Notes under the pieces: generated by a model
Seen by the model: only the letters and a program-made list of their open reading frames with translations
The model's database searches: none
Told to the model about the DNA's origin: nothing
Position numbers and translations under genes: made by a program
Source: a virus
Taxonomy: Duplodnaviria; Caudoviricetes
Reading direction: 5' to 3' (one strand)
IMG/VR virus record: IMGVR_UViG_3300031857_000014
DNA: 64,000 bases
Shown: positions 31,701 to 41,672 of the stretch, one piece after another
Position numbering within the stretch: position 1 is the stretch's first letter
Layout of the letters: each line of letters starts with the position of its first letter

Positions 31701-34451
31701 ATATATTGATCCCCATTTTAATATTAAATGATATGGTACATAATGAGTCGAACCCACTTCTCTGAATAAAGAAGAAATGGGAAACGGGGAGAAACCAAAT
31801 CTATTTATGTCTTCTAAATCTAAAAATGGTAAAGAATTTAATAAAAGATATGCCGATCCAGCATATTTTCCATACGGTGCACTTTTAAAAAATTCGGAAT
31901 ATAACTGATTGTGAAAATACGGTGTATTAAGTATGTGTGTTGATGTTTGATTAACTTTTAATTTATTTAAAAATAAATTTGTTTCAAATCCACTTTTAAC
32001 CCATTTAGATGTATCTAACGGAGAAGAAATAAACGATTCTCTCGTATTTAGTTTTAATGTGCCATTAAATTTAAAATTATCGTCAGTAAAAGATGATTCA
32101 TTTAAATAAGATAAATATAAATTTGAATTAAATGGGTATATACTTTTCCTATATGATTCAGGAGTATAGTTTAAAAGATAGTTATTTAACTTTGGAAAAG
32201 ATGAGTCATCATCAATTCGATTATTGTTTGTGCTAAGTTGTTCGATTGTATATGAAGTTTCGATTGAACTCTTAATATAATCTACTGTTGATAATTGATC
32301 TTGATAATATGGGTATCTTTCAAATTGAGAGGTCGCTCTTAAAAAAGTTTTTAAATCATCAGTTGTTTTTATTGAATTTTTTAATATTCCAACAATATCT
32401 AAATCATCTAATGTACTTTGTTTTATGTTTTCAAATTCTAAATCAGATAATTCTTTAATTGTTTCTTTATCAAAAGAATCAAACAATGTAAAATAATAAG
32501 ACCTTTCCCATATTTCATATAAAAAAGAACTCATTGTTTTATTAATATATGAGTTAGTTGCAGCAACATAACCTAAACTACTTATGTTTTTATTTCTATT
32601 TTCTTGTGAGTTAGATTCAAAAACATAATTAACATTATTAACACCACCTTCGTTATCCGCTAAAGGGTCATATAAGTTTGTAGACACACCAATAAATTCT
32701 TCAACAAAACCTACTTCAGGCCATAATCTTTTATCATATGATTTTAATGTTTTTTGTAAATCTTCTTCACCCGGATATGCTATTATTTTTTGTTTGTTAC
32801 CTGCGGAATTTTTTTTGATTTCTGGCCAAGGGTATATTGAAGAACCTTTTGATTCATTACTTAAATTACCAACATACTTTTTTCTTTCCTCACCTACATT
32901 AAATGAATTGAAATGAACTTCCCTCATTAATCTTACATAGACTTCGGCGTTCGCTAAAATTATACCAAAAAGATTACGAACAGTTGGTGAAAACCCTAAA
33001 CCTCCAGCGTCTTTATTTTTTATCACCTCATTCATTTTCTTTTCCACATCTTCTTCTAACTTTTTCTTTTGCTCATTAAATTGTTTTCTTATTTCAAATA
33101 TATCTTCAAACAATTTATTTTTCGCAACAAGATATTGGTTGTCTTTTACGTCATAATATTCTTTAATACCTTTTATATTTTTTATATCAATCGCACTTAC
33201 AAATTTACCGTTAGTTTTATTCTTAAGTTGTTTGTTAAAAATATTACACTCAGTAATTTTTTTTCTATATGTTTCGATTATTTGTTCTAATGTACCTTGA
33301 TTACTTGCACCAATAATTTTATCTGATTTTGTTTTGTTTGTTTTATCAGATTGATAAAAATAATCAACATCACCTATTGATAAAAATTCAAGACTTAAAT
33401 TTCTTTTACTCCAATCATTAACTGAGGTTTCAAAATTATTTATAATTTCAGAAAATTCTTTTATTCCCGCAAATACTTTTGGTTCAACAACTTGGTCAAA
33501 AATTTCTTTTTCTAATAATTTATCAAGTGACTTTGCAATAACACTAATTTCTCTCAATGTCTTTACTGGTACATCTTGACTAATAAGTTTTTTTTGTTTT
33601 AATTCGTTGAAGACAGATGTTAATATCTTATATCCTCTTGATGATTTAGATACTTTCTTTTCATAAACACCTAATTTAGTATTAAATGTTCCTTCTTTTT
33701 GTACTTCTGTCAAATACATGTAAGGACAATTCATTACCGCCTTTAACGGAATATCACTTAAAAAAGCATATGTTGAACCAACAAAACTAGTACTTATTTC
33801 AAAGTTACCTGTGGTATCATTAAATTTAGAATTGAATTTAACTAAATGTAGTCTATATCTAATTGCTTTACCATAAAATCCTTTTACTGTTAAATAAAAT
33901 ATTGGCCAAGGTATATGGAAAAACGCGTTATATGGTGAATTTTCCGGAGATTCAAATAATGTTTTACCTCTAACATCAATAAAATTTATATTGACTTGTG
34001 GTATAAAATTTGCACCTTTTATTAAAATACTAACACTATCAATACCAAAAGTTTGAGCACTTTTATCATTTTGATAAGGATCTCCTACAGGTACTTTTAT
34101 ATTTTGAAAATTACTAAATTTACCTAAATTTATGTTTATGTCTTTTTGTGTTACTTCACTAAACGCATCGGTCCAAGAAGTATCGTAATCTCTACCATCC
34201 GCATTTTTAAGAAAATTTAATGTCCCTTTTGCAATAGATGTTAATGTATTTTTATTATCGGACGCAATTAAAGTTGTTCTTGGAATTAAATCCGCTTCCA
34301 AGTTTACATACATAACTAAATTCTCTTGTTTAATTCCTCTTGGTTGAACTTCTCCATCAACAAGTACACTGTTAGGGTCCACATAAATTAAATTATTGTG
34401 GTCTACTTTTACTAATATATTTTCACTATTTGTTAAATCATTGTTTGCCAT
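28722..34451 (-). CDS. Very large baseplate hub-like protein (gp27/VgrG-type hub with large insertion)
   Basis: 1909 aa. The C-terminal hub signature SYSCEVTCMGDVMIQPTMFFYL...KGSYWITEVTHNI...TSFKGTR is present. Follows the LysM/gp53-like gene. Confidence 0.65.
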   Translation of the reverse strand: MANNDLTNSENILVKVDHNNLIYVDPNSVLVDGEVQPRGIKQENLVMYVNLEADLIPRTTLIASDNKNTLTSIAKGTLNFLKNADGRDYDTSWTDAFSEVTQKDININLGKFSNFQNIKVPVGDPYQNDKSAQTFGIDSVSILIKGANFIPQVNINFIDVRGKTLFESPENSPYNAFFHIPWPIFYLTVKGFYGKAIRYRLHLVKFNSKFNDTTGNFEISTSFVGSTYAFLSDIPLKAVMNCPYMYLTEVQKEGTFNTKLGVYEKKVSKSSRGYKILTSVFNELKQKKLISQDVPVKTLREISVIAKSLDKLLEKEIFDQVVEPKVFAGIKEFSEIINNFETSVNDWSKRNLSLEFLSIGDVDYFYQSDKTNKTKSDKIIGASNQGTLEQIIETYRKKITECNIFNKQLKNKTNGKFVSAIDIKNIKGIKEYYDVKDNQYLVAKNKLFEDIFEIRKQFNEQKKKLEEDVEKKMNEVIKNKDAGGLGFSPTVRNLFGIILANAEVYVRLMREVHFNSFNVGEERKKYVGNLSNESKGSSIYPWPEIKKNSAGNKQKIIAYPGEEDLQKTLKSYDKRLWPEVGFVEEFIGVSTNLYDPLADNEGGVNNVNYVFESNSQENRNKNISSLGYVAATNSYINKTMSSFLYEIWERSYYFTLFDSFDKETIKELSDLEFENIKQSTLDDLDIVGILKNSIKTTDDLKTFLRATSQFERYPYYQDQLSTVDYIKSSIETSYTIEQLSTNNNRIDDDSSFPKLNNYLLNYTPESYRKSIYPFNSNLYLSYLNESSFTDDNFKFNGTLKLNTRESFISSPLDTSKWVKSGFETNLFLNKLKVNQTSTHILNTPYFHNQLYSEFFKSAPYGKYAGSAYLLLNSLPFLDLEDINRFGFSPFPISSLFREVGSTHYVPYHLILKWGSIYHRYKNYIQNGTDILSGCLTGTTTLNLNGGEFFNDQQTGGTFTNFTVTANTNSGISSFNVTYSGSTFDIGIHPYYDAIFHQIVNDYNFYVIESGNTSYSLNNTAGAFVERVREQSNNSRYWTGFVNNSRFDNNDLRYTLLPSDGDNQYINKKQNTPILSTLPTIIGTTDNSFLTEFESYFRIIWDDDYINNSFTGKTFNSFSEYPRTYVSGSTDDNQYSLGTNYRKVIDLIGTFSPSILDSFEQLFLEFASENLKQEIPLKRFSNVKHDNFQQLLKEIVTVKKETSDSTDVDTLILQIKTKQKTKLLDLTRDMLANNNVLKITLANPKEIDSHLFHGFSKVDNVNTFSYDSYDSSQLTVANQNLIKLYIGEDIDSYYQNFFIINDVKLNEDNIKQFRPLILIYAGYIKNGGTNTKTAFQDYIKQSVFIGGSNPHFIRQGLFLQLLISNFAKLQANPDTGRNIVKGYNNRDLKIEMYNFFKSFNDKWVAGNSLGQRLLMEEFMFLDKANKDIGDVAYLNLDRFISLLDPKNDKINLYTALSVLIQGTGFDMRVLPSYVNFYGSSPSPNNNKITPSKNLASNLFGTFLEVDYQESSPKVVVQYVGPTSKHPDMSESKKYGFNDDTFDISNVNNNPLIITAPDVFTKDDFAKSNKVVAFEVSFGDQNQGIFKGVSLDQSTIKNTTESFVVMENLARSESGSGTYNVDIGLFEIYRQASYSCEVTCMGDVMIQPTMFFYLKNIPMFKGSYWITEVTHNIRNNNITTSFKGTRIPVASLPDPKDSFMSSYKPLFDKISAKAIALIKEADKKTSTTENVSTSKGNYTTDPGGLLPGEELIKDAAITEFGVPFNGFNDELYIQKVKYSNKDWLRARVARMGSSIYQISDTTNMSLVESAPLPWSEIKDKSKDLIFYSCKFSKKNVPTSKIISGKTTFYNPKKNATLSNISFNVSGAVGSRTVTGQINVGPNIPGYGIGMSQELMDRLNLVEGDVVYFSME

Positions 34452-34764
34452 AGTATAATGTATACAAATCCACGTTCTTTTTGTAGTCTTGTAGAGTAAC
34501 GACTAAAGGAAAAGGTATTCTAACGAAAGAATTATCAGGTATTTCAAATTCAACACTACCAAGTAAAGGATTCGCTTGTAAAATTAACCAACCAAATACC
34601 GGTGTACCATAATATTCTTGAGACAATTTATCAAGTCTATCTTTACCTTTTTTATATTGATAGTACCTATCTGTTCCTTTTATAGGTATTTCTATCCCCG
34701 GAACAATTCTAAATGTACCATCTTCTTCAAAATACTGATATCTATCAAAATAATTTCTACTCAT
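34438..34764 (-). CDS. LysM / gp53 / tail-X-like baseplate protein
   Basis: 108 aa. KDRLDKLSQEYYGTPVFGWLILQANP...IPDNSFVRIP. Confidence 0.8.
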   Translation of the reverse strand: MSRNYFDRYQYFEEDGTFRIVPGIEIPIKGTDRYYQYKKGKDRLDKLSQEYYGTPVFGWLILQANPLLGSVEFEIPDNSFVRIPFPLVVTLQDYKKNVDLYTLYYGKQ

Positions 34765-37700
34765 TAATTACCCTTTTTATAAAAATTAAGTTTATTGGTA
34801 ACACTAACTTTAGTTGATTTAAGATTTTTCACGTCTTGAACTTTTCCTGCATCTGTTATTTCTGTAGTACTTTGAACATTGAATTTTATTGTTTTACTAT
34901 TACCTCTCTTTTTGAATTTACTAAATTTAAAATTGTGGTCATTTGTTTTAGTATAAAAATCGTCCAATCTTTTTCTTAATTTTTTTCTCAAATTTTCAGT
35001 GAAAATTGTTGTGTCAGTTTCAAAAGTGTTTTTCATTAAATTGTCTCTATCTTTAATATCATTAAATAAAACTGACAGTACCGTTGTAAATTGTTGTGTT
35101 GTATAATTGGACGAATTATAATTTATTGACGTATCTAAATCAGTATATAATTTAGGTGTATTGTTAGTTATATATTCGACATTATTTTTATATTCATTAT
35201 ACAATTTATCATATGTAAAACCAGATAATGTTGCTTCAGTTACTTTATTTTTGTCTATTTTATAATCGTAAAAACCATATTTAACAATTACGTTAACTTT
35301 ATCAAACGCACTTATTAATTCGTCTCTTTTTGTTTCAAAATCTTCTAACACATTCTGTTCAACCATTTCATCAAATTTTGTTTGAAGAAACGATTCAATG
35401 TATGGTTGTAACAATTCATTCGCCTTGTCTTTCTTAGGACCTGTTAGTTCTTTGTCAAAACCAAATATTTGACATAAATCAGATGTTTTTGATATTGAAA
35501 TCATACCCGCTTTAATACCTCTAACAATTATTGATATATCACTTGTTTTAGGATATAAACCAAATAATTCAATTGTTTGTGGTGTATTTATGGTAGTATA
35601 AACATCGTAATCTTTTATTGTTCTATAATTATTTGAAAAGAAAACACTTCCTAAATTGTTACCATACTTTAATACAATTGTATTATACATACTTTCGTAT
35701 CCATTAAAATATGATTCTGTTTTTTCAAATACATTATCTATTAATTTGGTGAAATCTATTGTTCCTCCAGTAGTGTTAACTGTTTGAAATTCACCAATAT
35801 ATTCTCCTTCTTTAATTTCATTCTTACTATCTTCAGGTTGTGTATCAACTAACTTTTGTTGGTCTTTAAGTAATTCTTCTAAGAATTCTTTTGTAAATGT
35901 TTCTGCGTCTTGTCCCGCAATTTTACTATTTGTTGATATTGACCTTTCATCATAAATTTCGGTATTTGCGTAGAAATTAGACGATAACGCATTCTGTAAT
36001 CTTTCTACAGGTCTTTCTAAACCTTGACCACCAATAAAAGTTATTGAACAAGTAACGTTAGCAATCATAGGTTGTACACCAATACCTTCAGGATTTAAAT
36101 CCCAAACATTATCATCAAAAGTTATATTAACATCTTTAATTATTATTTTTGAATGATAAAAATCACCTATTCTTAAAACACAAAAAGGTGGTGGTCCAAA
36201 TGATGTATTTCTTGCATTAATATCATTTTTATCTGCAACTCCTTTAATTGGTATTGTATCACCAGGTCTAATACACTGATGTAAAAATGTTAATCTTGAA
36301 TTTAATCCTTCTGGTGTTGTTGAGTGAAAACCGGGATGAAAATATTTTAATTTTTCTCTTAACGACTTAAATGCCAATGGAGAATCTTCTTCCAATTTTT
36401 TAAAATAGTAACATTCAGAAAGAGTTTTCATAATGATTCTCTTCATTACATCAATTGGTGGTTTCTTTTTTGTTCCCGGAATAATACTAGTTTCAGTTTC
36501 AATTCTTGTTCTTGGTAATTCTGCCGGTGGGGGCGGAGGAGGTGGAGGTGCTGGAGTTGTTTTTGTATATTTAAATCCAACAATACTATGTCTACAATAA
36601 AATGCTGTCGGTGAAACTACTTTTAAACCTCCATTTGGACTTGTTATGTATTTGAAATCTTTATTTATACAATCACTACTTCTTGTTCCCCCATTATATA
36701 ATTCACCGTAACTTACTGTTTTTATTGTTACTTTACCTTTATTACCAACATAACCAAATTGTTCTAATGTATATTCTTTATCAATACTATTTATTACATT
36801 ATTTAATTTATCCTCGTTTATCCATTGTATATCAGGTACTGTACTTCCTGTTTTAATTCTATCAAAAAAATCTCTAATAACACTATGTGTTCTTCTAAGT
36901 GATAATTTATTATTATATGATTGTGTAGCAACAGATGATGTTGCCGATTCAATAAATAATTGAATATCTTTTACCGTATTATTAGCAATATCTTGTTTTA
37001 ATGTTTCTGTTTTAGCTGTGTATGAACTAAAGTTATTTGTAAACTCATCAAAATATTTTGTTAAAACATTTATTGTTTCTCCTGTTGCAGTTTCAATATT
37101 TGATACTGTCTCTGAACCAAAAAGTAATTTTTTATCGTTTTTTGCATTACTACTAGTTGCTGGAACTAATGAAACTATTGCATTTTGTAATCTAGTTAAA
37201 TAATCATTCTTTTTAGGTGCTAATTCATTGTATTCTTCTCCGTATGGTCTTCCTGCTGTTAAGCTAGTTCCTTTAGGAAAATCATTTTCATAATATAATG
37301 GTGTTGGTGATAATGTTACTGTTTCGTTACTACTGTTTTGTGTTGGTGTGTCACTAGGATTTTGAGTTGTAACAGGGTCCGTTACCGTTTTATATTTAAT
37401 TATTGTTTGAGGGTCAGTACCTTTATTTAAATATTGTTTTATTAATTCAATATCGTTACCATCTAATGTTGAAAATCTTCTAATTAAACCATAAAAATCA
37501 ACCTCTTCACATCCAGCAAAAAACGCATTTATATAATTGTCGGCTTCCTCATCTGACATATTTTTAAAATAATCTCTAACTAATAAATTTAAAATACTTG
37601 GGTGGTCAACAACAATTTTAAAACCTAATTGTCCTGTTCTTTCTGTATTTTGGTATGTATATATTGATTCAGGTCTACCCAAGAAAGTATTTGATTCCCA

Positions 37701-39524
37701 TCTTGCACTATTGTTTTCACTAACTTTTAAATCATATGGTGGAAACCACATTACCCTACCACCATTTGGTCCTCTTTCACAATATGGTAAATCTTGAACC
37801 ATAAATCCAGGTAATGTAGATGACTTCCACGCCAAGTTCTCTATTGAGAACATATATTTTTTAGCGTAAAAATCTTTACCATTAGCGTCTTTTACACCTC
37901 CCGCAACAATATTTGTAGATGATTTAAAATCATCATCTCTTAAACCATTTGACATCGGTGCAATATTTAAGTTCCATGGTTTACTTCCACCACCCATAAC
38001 ACTTGCATCGAATTTTCTGATAATCTCTGTTCTTTTCATTGTATCAGAATAATTCATATATGACCTGTCTTTGGTCCAAACTCTACAATATTCAACACCC
38101 GTTTCTTCTCCACTAAATTTATCAACGTACTTAATCGCAGAACCTCTTGACATCATCATATCACCTTCTCTAAACACCCTACTAGTTTGATCAATGACAT
38201 TCGCAACGTGAGAACGTGCTGCACCGCCATCTTTTGGCATTGTCTCAAGTAAATCTTGTGTTGTGCCTAATATTGAATCTCCTCTAAAACCAAATCTGGT
38301 TGATAAAGACTCTTCCAACTTTGAAGATTCGTCTGCATATTCTTTATTGTTTTCCCCTAATTTATTTTTTGATTTAGAACTAATCCATGTTAATTTACCT
38401 CCTATCGCACCACCTTCAGTTATATTTCTTTTTCCTTGAAAAAGTTTTGCTTGAACTTCGTCAAACATTAATGATAAAAAATAATTACTTCTTACTGGTC
38501 TATCATTAAAATCACCCATAGCAAATTTCACATCATCACTTCTATCATCACCAATATATGCTTCTCTTGAAGGTGCTTCTAAACCTAAAATAGATTTTAC
38601 TCCTTCGGCGACGTTATTAACAAAATTAAAAACCTTAGAAGATTGTTGTGATCTCGCTGTTGTTGTATAATCGGGTCCATATTTAGAAAAACCTAAATTA
38701 TTGAACAAATATTGTTTTTGTCCTTCACCCATATACTCAATGAATATATCAGATGGTTTTCTTGATAATTTTGGTCTTCTTTGTATACCTACGAGAGAAC
38801 CTAAAGCACCTGTAACGTCTTGTATTATTGCACCGAATTCTGTCCTTGCTTGTGGTCTATATTCAACAGGATTTGCAGGATTAGTTAAATAATCACCCGG
38901 GATTTCCGCAAAAGGAAATTCTACCCCCGCAACTGTTTGAAGAAAATCAATCGCTTTACCCGGTGCAGTGTTTGCAACAGTTATTTTATTGTTATATTCA
39001 ATTAAAGGTTCTCGACCAGTTACAATGTTTAACGCAGTTGCGGTGTTACCATTTAACGCATCTAATATTCTTGCTCTACCTATAGTCGCAGCTTCTAAGT
39101 TTTGTTGAACCCTTGCAAATACTGGTCCCTGTCTATTTTCTTTAATGTACTTTGCTGCGAATTTAAATAATTCACTTTCTGTGTCATAATTACCATTATT
39201 AGACATAATACCAATCAAATTATGGTCAGTAGGAAATTGAAAATAGGGGTATAATTGTAAATTCGCTCTTCTTGGTATAGTATCAATACTTTCTTTTATA
39301 AAATATTGATTTGGTTTAAAAATATTTTGAGTTTGGATAAAAGTTAAATCATTAACTCTATTTGTATCTACCGCACCAGGATCCACATTAGCGAAGTCAG
39401 ATAAATTCTGAACAATATAATTTTGGTCAGTAAAAGTCTGAGGTCCGTTGGGTTGTTGAAGTGTTCTACCTATCAAAAAATCCCTAAATCCCCTTGTTGT
39501 ATTAAAATCTAAATACGTTGGCAT
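34764..39524 (-). CDS. Large baseplate / tail-tube initiator protein with inserted OmpA-like domain
   Basis: 1586 aa. Two tube-initiator-like segments (FPPYDLKVSENNSARWESNTFLGRPESIYTYQNTER; PPFCVLRIGDFYHSKIIIKDVNITFD) flank SATSSVATQSYNNKLSLRRTHSV...VSYGE. Confidence 0.6.
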   Translation of the reverse strand: MPTYLDFNTTRGFRDFLIGRTLQQPNGPQTFTDQNYIVQNLSDFANVDPGAVDTNRVNDLTFIQTQNIFKPNQYFIKESIDTIPRRANLQLYPYFQFPTDHNLIGIMSNNGNYDTESELFKFAAKYIKENRQGPVFARVQQNLEAATIGRARILDALNGNTATALNIVTGREPLIEYNNKITVANTAPGKAIDFLQTVAGVEFPFAEIPGDYLTNPANPVEYRPQARTEFGAIIQDVTGALGSLVGIQRRPKLSRKPSDIFIEYMGEGQKQYLFNNLGFSKYGPDYTTTARSQQSSKVFNFVNNVAEGVKSILGLEAPSREAYIGDDRSDDVKFAMGDFNDRPVRSNYFLSLMFDEVQAKLFQGKRNITEGGAIGGKLTWISSKSKNKLGENNKEYADESSKLEESLSTRFGFRGDSILGTTQDLLETMPKDGGAARSHVANVIDQTSRVFREGDMMMSRGSAIKYVDKFSGEETGVEYCRVWTKDRSYMNYSDTMKRTEIIRKFDASVMGGGSKPWNLNIAPMSNGLRDDDFKSSTNIVAGGVKDANGKDFYAKKYMFSIENLAWKSSTLPGFMVQDLPYCERGPNGGRVMWFPPYDLKVSENNSARWESNTFLGRPESIYTYQNTERTGQLGFKIVVDHPSILNLLVRDYFKNMSDEEADNYINAFFAGCEEVDFYGLIRRFSTLDGNDIELIKQYLNKGTDPQTIIKYKTVTDPVTTQNPSDTPTQNSSNETVTLSPTPLYYENDFPKGTSLTAGRPYGEEYNELAPKKNDYLTRLQNAIVSLVPATSSNAKNDKKLLFGSETVSNIETATGETINVLTKYFDEFTNNFSSYTAKTETLKQDIANNTVKDIQLFIESATSSVATQSYNNKLSLRRTHSVIRDFFDRIKTGSTVPDIQWINEDKLNNVINSIDKEYTLEQFGYVGNKGKVTIKTVSYGELYNGGTRSSDCINKDFKYITSPNGGLKVVSPTAFYCRHSIVGFKYTKTTPAPPPPPPPPAELPRTRIETETSIIPGTKKKPPIDVMKRIIMKTLSECYYFKKLEEDSPLAFKSLREKLKYFHPGFHSTTPEGLNSRLTFLHQCIRPGDTIPIKGVADKNDINARNTSFGPPPFCVLRIGDFYHSKIIIKDVNITFDDNVWDLNPEGIGVQPMIANVTCSITFIGGQGLERPVERLQNALSSNFYANTEIYDERSISTNSKIAGQDAETFTKEFLEELLKDQQKLVDTQPEDSKNEIKEGEYIGEFQTVNTTGGTIDFTKLIDNVFEKTESYFNGYESMYNTIVLKYGNNLGSVFFSNNYRTIKDYDVYTTINTPQTIELFGLYPKTSDISIIVRGIKAGMISISKTSDLCQIFGFDKELTGPKKDKANELLQPYIESFLQTKFDEMVEQNVLEDFETKRDELISAFDKVNVIVKYGFYDYKIDKNKVTEATLSGFTYDKLYNEYKNNVEYITNNTPKLYTDLDTSINYNSSNYTTQQFTTVLSVLFNDIKDRDNLMKNTFETDTTIFTENLRKKLRKRLDDFYTKTNDHNFKFSKFKKRGNSKTIKFNVQSTTEITDAGKVQDVKNLKSTKVSVTNKLNFYKKGN

Positions 39525-39565
39525 TATATTGTTTTAATAATAAATAGATATAATTAAAAAATTTA

Positions 39566-41518
39566 TTACAAGTACAAGTAAGAACCAGGATTACCTACTT
39601 GTATTCTTTCATCACCCACTCTTACATCTATTTTAAAAAGATGTGGTTGTGCGTTATTTACCGGTGCTGTATTTGTATTTGTTGTTGTAGTGGTATTTGC
39701 TGCGGTAGTGGTATTCGTTGTTATTGGTGCTGCTGTTGTTGTTGGTTGAGCGACAGTACCTTGTTGTGTATTTGTATTTGTTGTTGGTGATTTTGTTGCA
39801 GCGCTACCTTTTGGTGTTTTACTTTTAATATATTTATTATTTGCATCAACAATTGCATCCGCAATCCCGGTCATCATATTTTTTACTTCCGGTGCTTCTT
39901 TAGTTGCGAATTTACTAAAATTATCTGCAGCCTTTTTAGGGTCTAACGGACCTCCCTTAACAAGTTCTTCATATAATTTATCCGCAGCTTTACCACCAGA
40001 CCTTCTTGCTAATGCAGCAAGGAAGTTTAAATCTCTTTCAATATTTGTAACAGAGTTTGCTTGGTCTCTAACTATTTGTTCAGGTGTTCTATCTTGTAAT
40101 TCTTTTTGATAAAATAATAATGTTTCTGCTTGTTTTTGCGATAAATTTTCTAACGCAATCTCTTTTGTGTCCTTATCTACACCTAACGCTTCTCTTATTC
40201 TATCACTATTTAATTCTATCATCATTTTACCACCCTTCATCTGAGAAATATTAGTTAGGAATTCTTTCTGTTCGTCTTTTAAATCTAAACCACTAGCCAT
40301 CATAGCAGCAGCTGCTGAAGTTCTTTCTGCGGAAGCAATTGCACCTTTTGCTAGTTCATCATAACTAACCCCTAATGCTTTAGCCATTTCTCTTGCTCTT
40401 CGTAAATTGACACCGGTAATTTCAAATCTACCTTGTTCTGCATTATATGTCGCTAAACTACTGGCGGCACCAATCAATGAATCTTGTAACCCTTCCACAT
40501 TATTTGTCGCCATGTACATTAATTTTAATGGGTCGTTAAAATCACCTATAGCACCACCTAATACTTGTAAGTTCGCGGCTAAATCAATTGCTCCTTCAGG
40601 ATTCATAACGCTTTCTGCAATCTTAAAAACTTCACTCATACTCATTCTGAATTCGGTTGCTTTTCTAATCATATTACCTAATCCTTCAATACCATTTTTA
40701 AAACCAAATTCATTTAATTTACCTATATTCTGTGATAATTCTTTCGTGGTGTTTTTTGATGAAAGACCTAATTGAAGTGATTTCATACCAACCTTTTCAA
40801 TCATTTCGACAGACTCTCTAGCTCCCATTCCAATATTCTCAAATCCAGGTAACATTCTAACTAATTCTTCTAAAGTACCTACGAACGCCTTTGCTGCAGT
40901 ACCTGCTTGTTTCCATGTTTCCGAATTTATAAATGCGAATTTACCCGAATCCCTCACCAAAACCTGAGATGACCTAACCAATTCATCAAACCCAATACCC
41001 ATTCTTAGTAACTCAGGATTTGCATCTGATAGTTCATTTCTTAAATCTTCCGCTAATTGACCGGTAACACCAATTTCTTCATTTACCTGAGTTCTTAATG
41101 CAGATTGTTGTTTCATGTATAGCTCCATGCTACTACCAAGTCCATCAATAATATTTTTACCAATTTGTTGTAAACTATTAACACCACCTTGTTTATCTAT
41201 TACCACATCAAGAAGATCAGTTATTTTAGTATATTCCTCAGTAATATTTGGTAATTGAGTACTACTTTGAGTTGCAATTCCTCCTCTAAATAATTTTGTT
41301 ACACCTTCAAAAACATTAGATGATTTAGTTGAAGTGGAGGTGGTTGATGTTGTTGTATTAAAACGACTAGTAATTTTCGCTTGTTCATCGGGTCTCATTC
41401 TTTCACCACTATTCCATTGATCTAATGCTCTTAGAAACGTGTTTGTTACTGAAGTTTCATCATTGTGTAAATAAAGATAATCATCTATTCTTGGTCTTGG
41501 TCCTTGTCCGTTTGCCAT
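39566..41518 (-). CDS. Tape measure-like protein
   Basis: 650 aa, predicted helical and Ala/Leu/Gly-rich (LAANLQVLGG). Canonical position after tube and chaperone genes. Confidence 0.7.
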   Translation of the reverse strand: MANGQGPRPRIDDYLYLHNDETSVTNTFLRALDQWNSGERMRPDEQAKITSRFNTTTSTTSTSTKSSNVFEGVTKLFRGGIATQSSTQLPNITEEYTKITDLLDVVIDKQGGVNSLQQIGKNIIDGLGSSMELYMKQQSALRTQVNEEIGVTGQLAEDLRNELSDANPELLRMGIGFDELVRSSQVLVRDSGKFAFINSETWKQAGTAAKAFVGTLEELVRMLPGFENIGMGARESVEMIEKVGMKSLQLGLSSKNTTKELSQNIGKLNEFGFKNGIEGLGNMIRKATEFRMSMSEVFKIAESVMNPEGAIDLAANLQVLGGAIGDFNDPLKLMYMATNNVEGLQDSLIGAASSLATYNAEQGRFEITGVNLRRAREMAKALGVSYDELAKGAIASAERTSAAAAMMASGLDLKDEQKEFLTNISQMKGGKMMIELNSDRIREALGVDKDTKEIALENLSQKQAETLLFYQKELQDRTPEQIVRDQANSVTNIERDLNFLAALARRSGGKAADKLYEELVKGGPLDPKKAADNFSKFATKEAPEVKNMMTGIADAIVDANNKYIKSKTPKGSAATKSPTTNTNTQQGTVAQPTTTAAPITTNTTTAANTTTTTNTNTAPVNNAQPHLFKIDVRVGDERIQVGNPGSYLYL

Positions 41519-41522
41519 AATA

Positions 41523-41672
41523 TTAACTATTTTCTAATTCTATCATATAATTTATATAATATCTTCTTATATAAATAGGCATAGAGAGAATATCTCCATA
41601 GGAGAATCCTCTTTTAATTAGAAATAAAATTTCGGTTAACTGGTTCTTTTTATATTCCGTAGAAAGGGCGAA
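41523..41672 (-). CDS. Predicted +1 frameshift extension of the tail assembly chaperone (G/GT-like)
   Basis: Reading frame FALSTEYKKNQLTEILFLIKRGFSYGDILSMPIYIRRYYINYMIELENS* opens just after an in-frame TAG and has no upstream start codon. It overlaps TTC_TTT_CGC of the chaperone and ends 4 nt before the tape measure ATG. Confidence 0.7.
   Translation of the reverse strand, partial: FALSTEYKKNQLTEILFLIKRGFSYGDILSMPIYIRRYYINYMIELENS

Noticed and set aside
41640-41668. -1 frameshift at C_CCT_TTC in the chaperone
   Set aside because: The -1 frame stops after about 10 codons (PFLRNIKRTS*). The long protein-like frame is +1.
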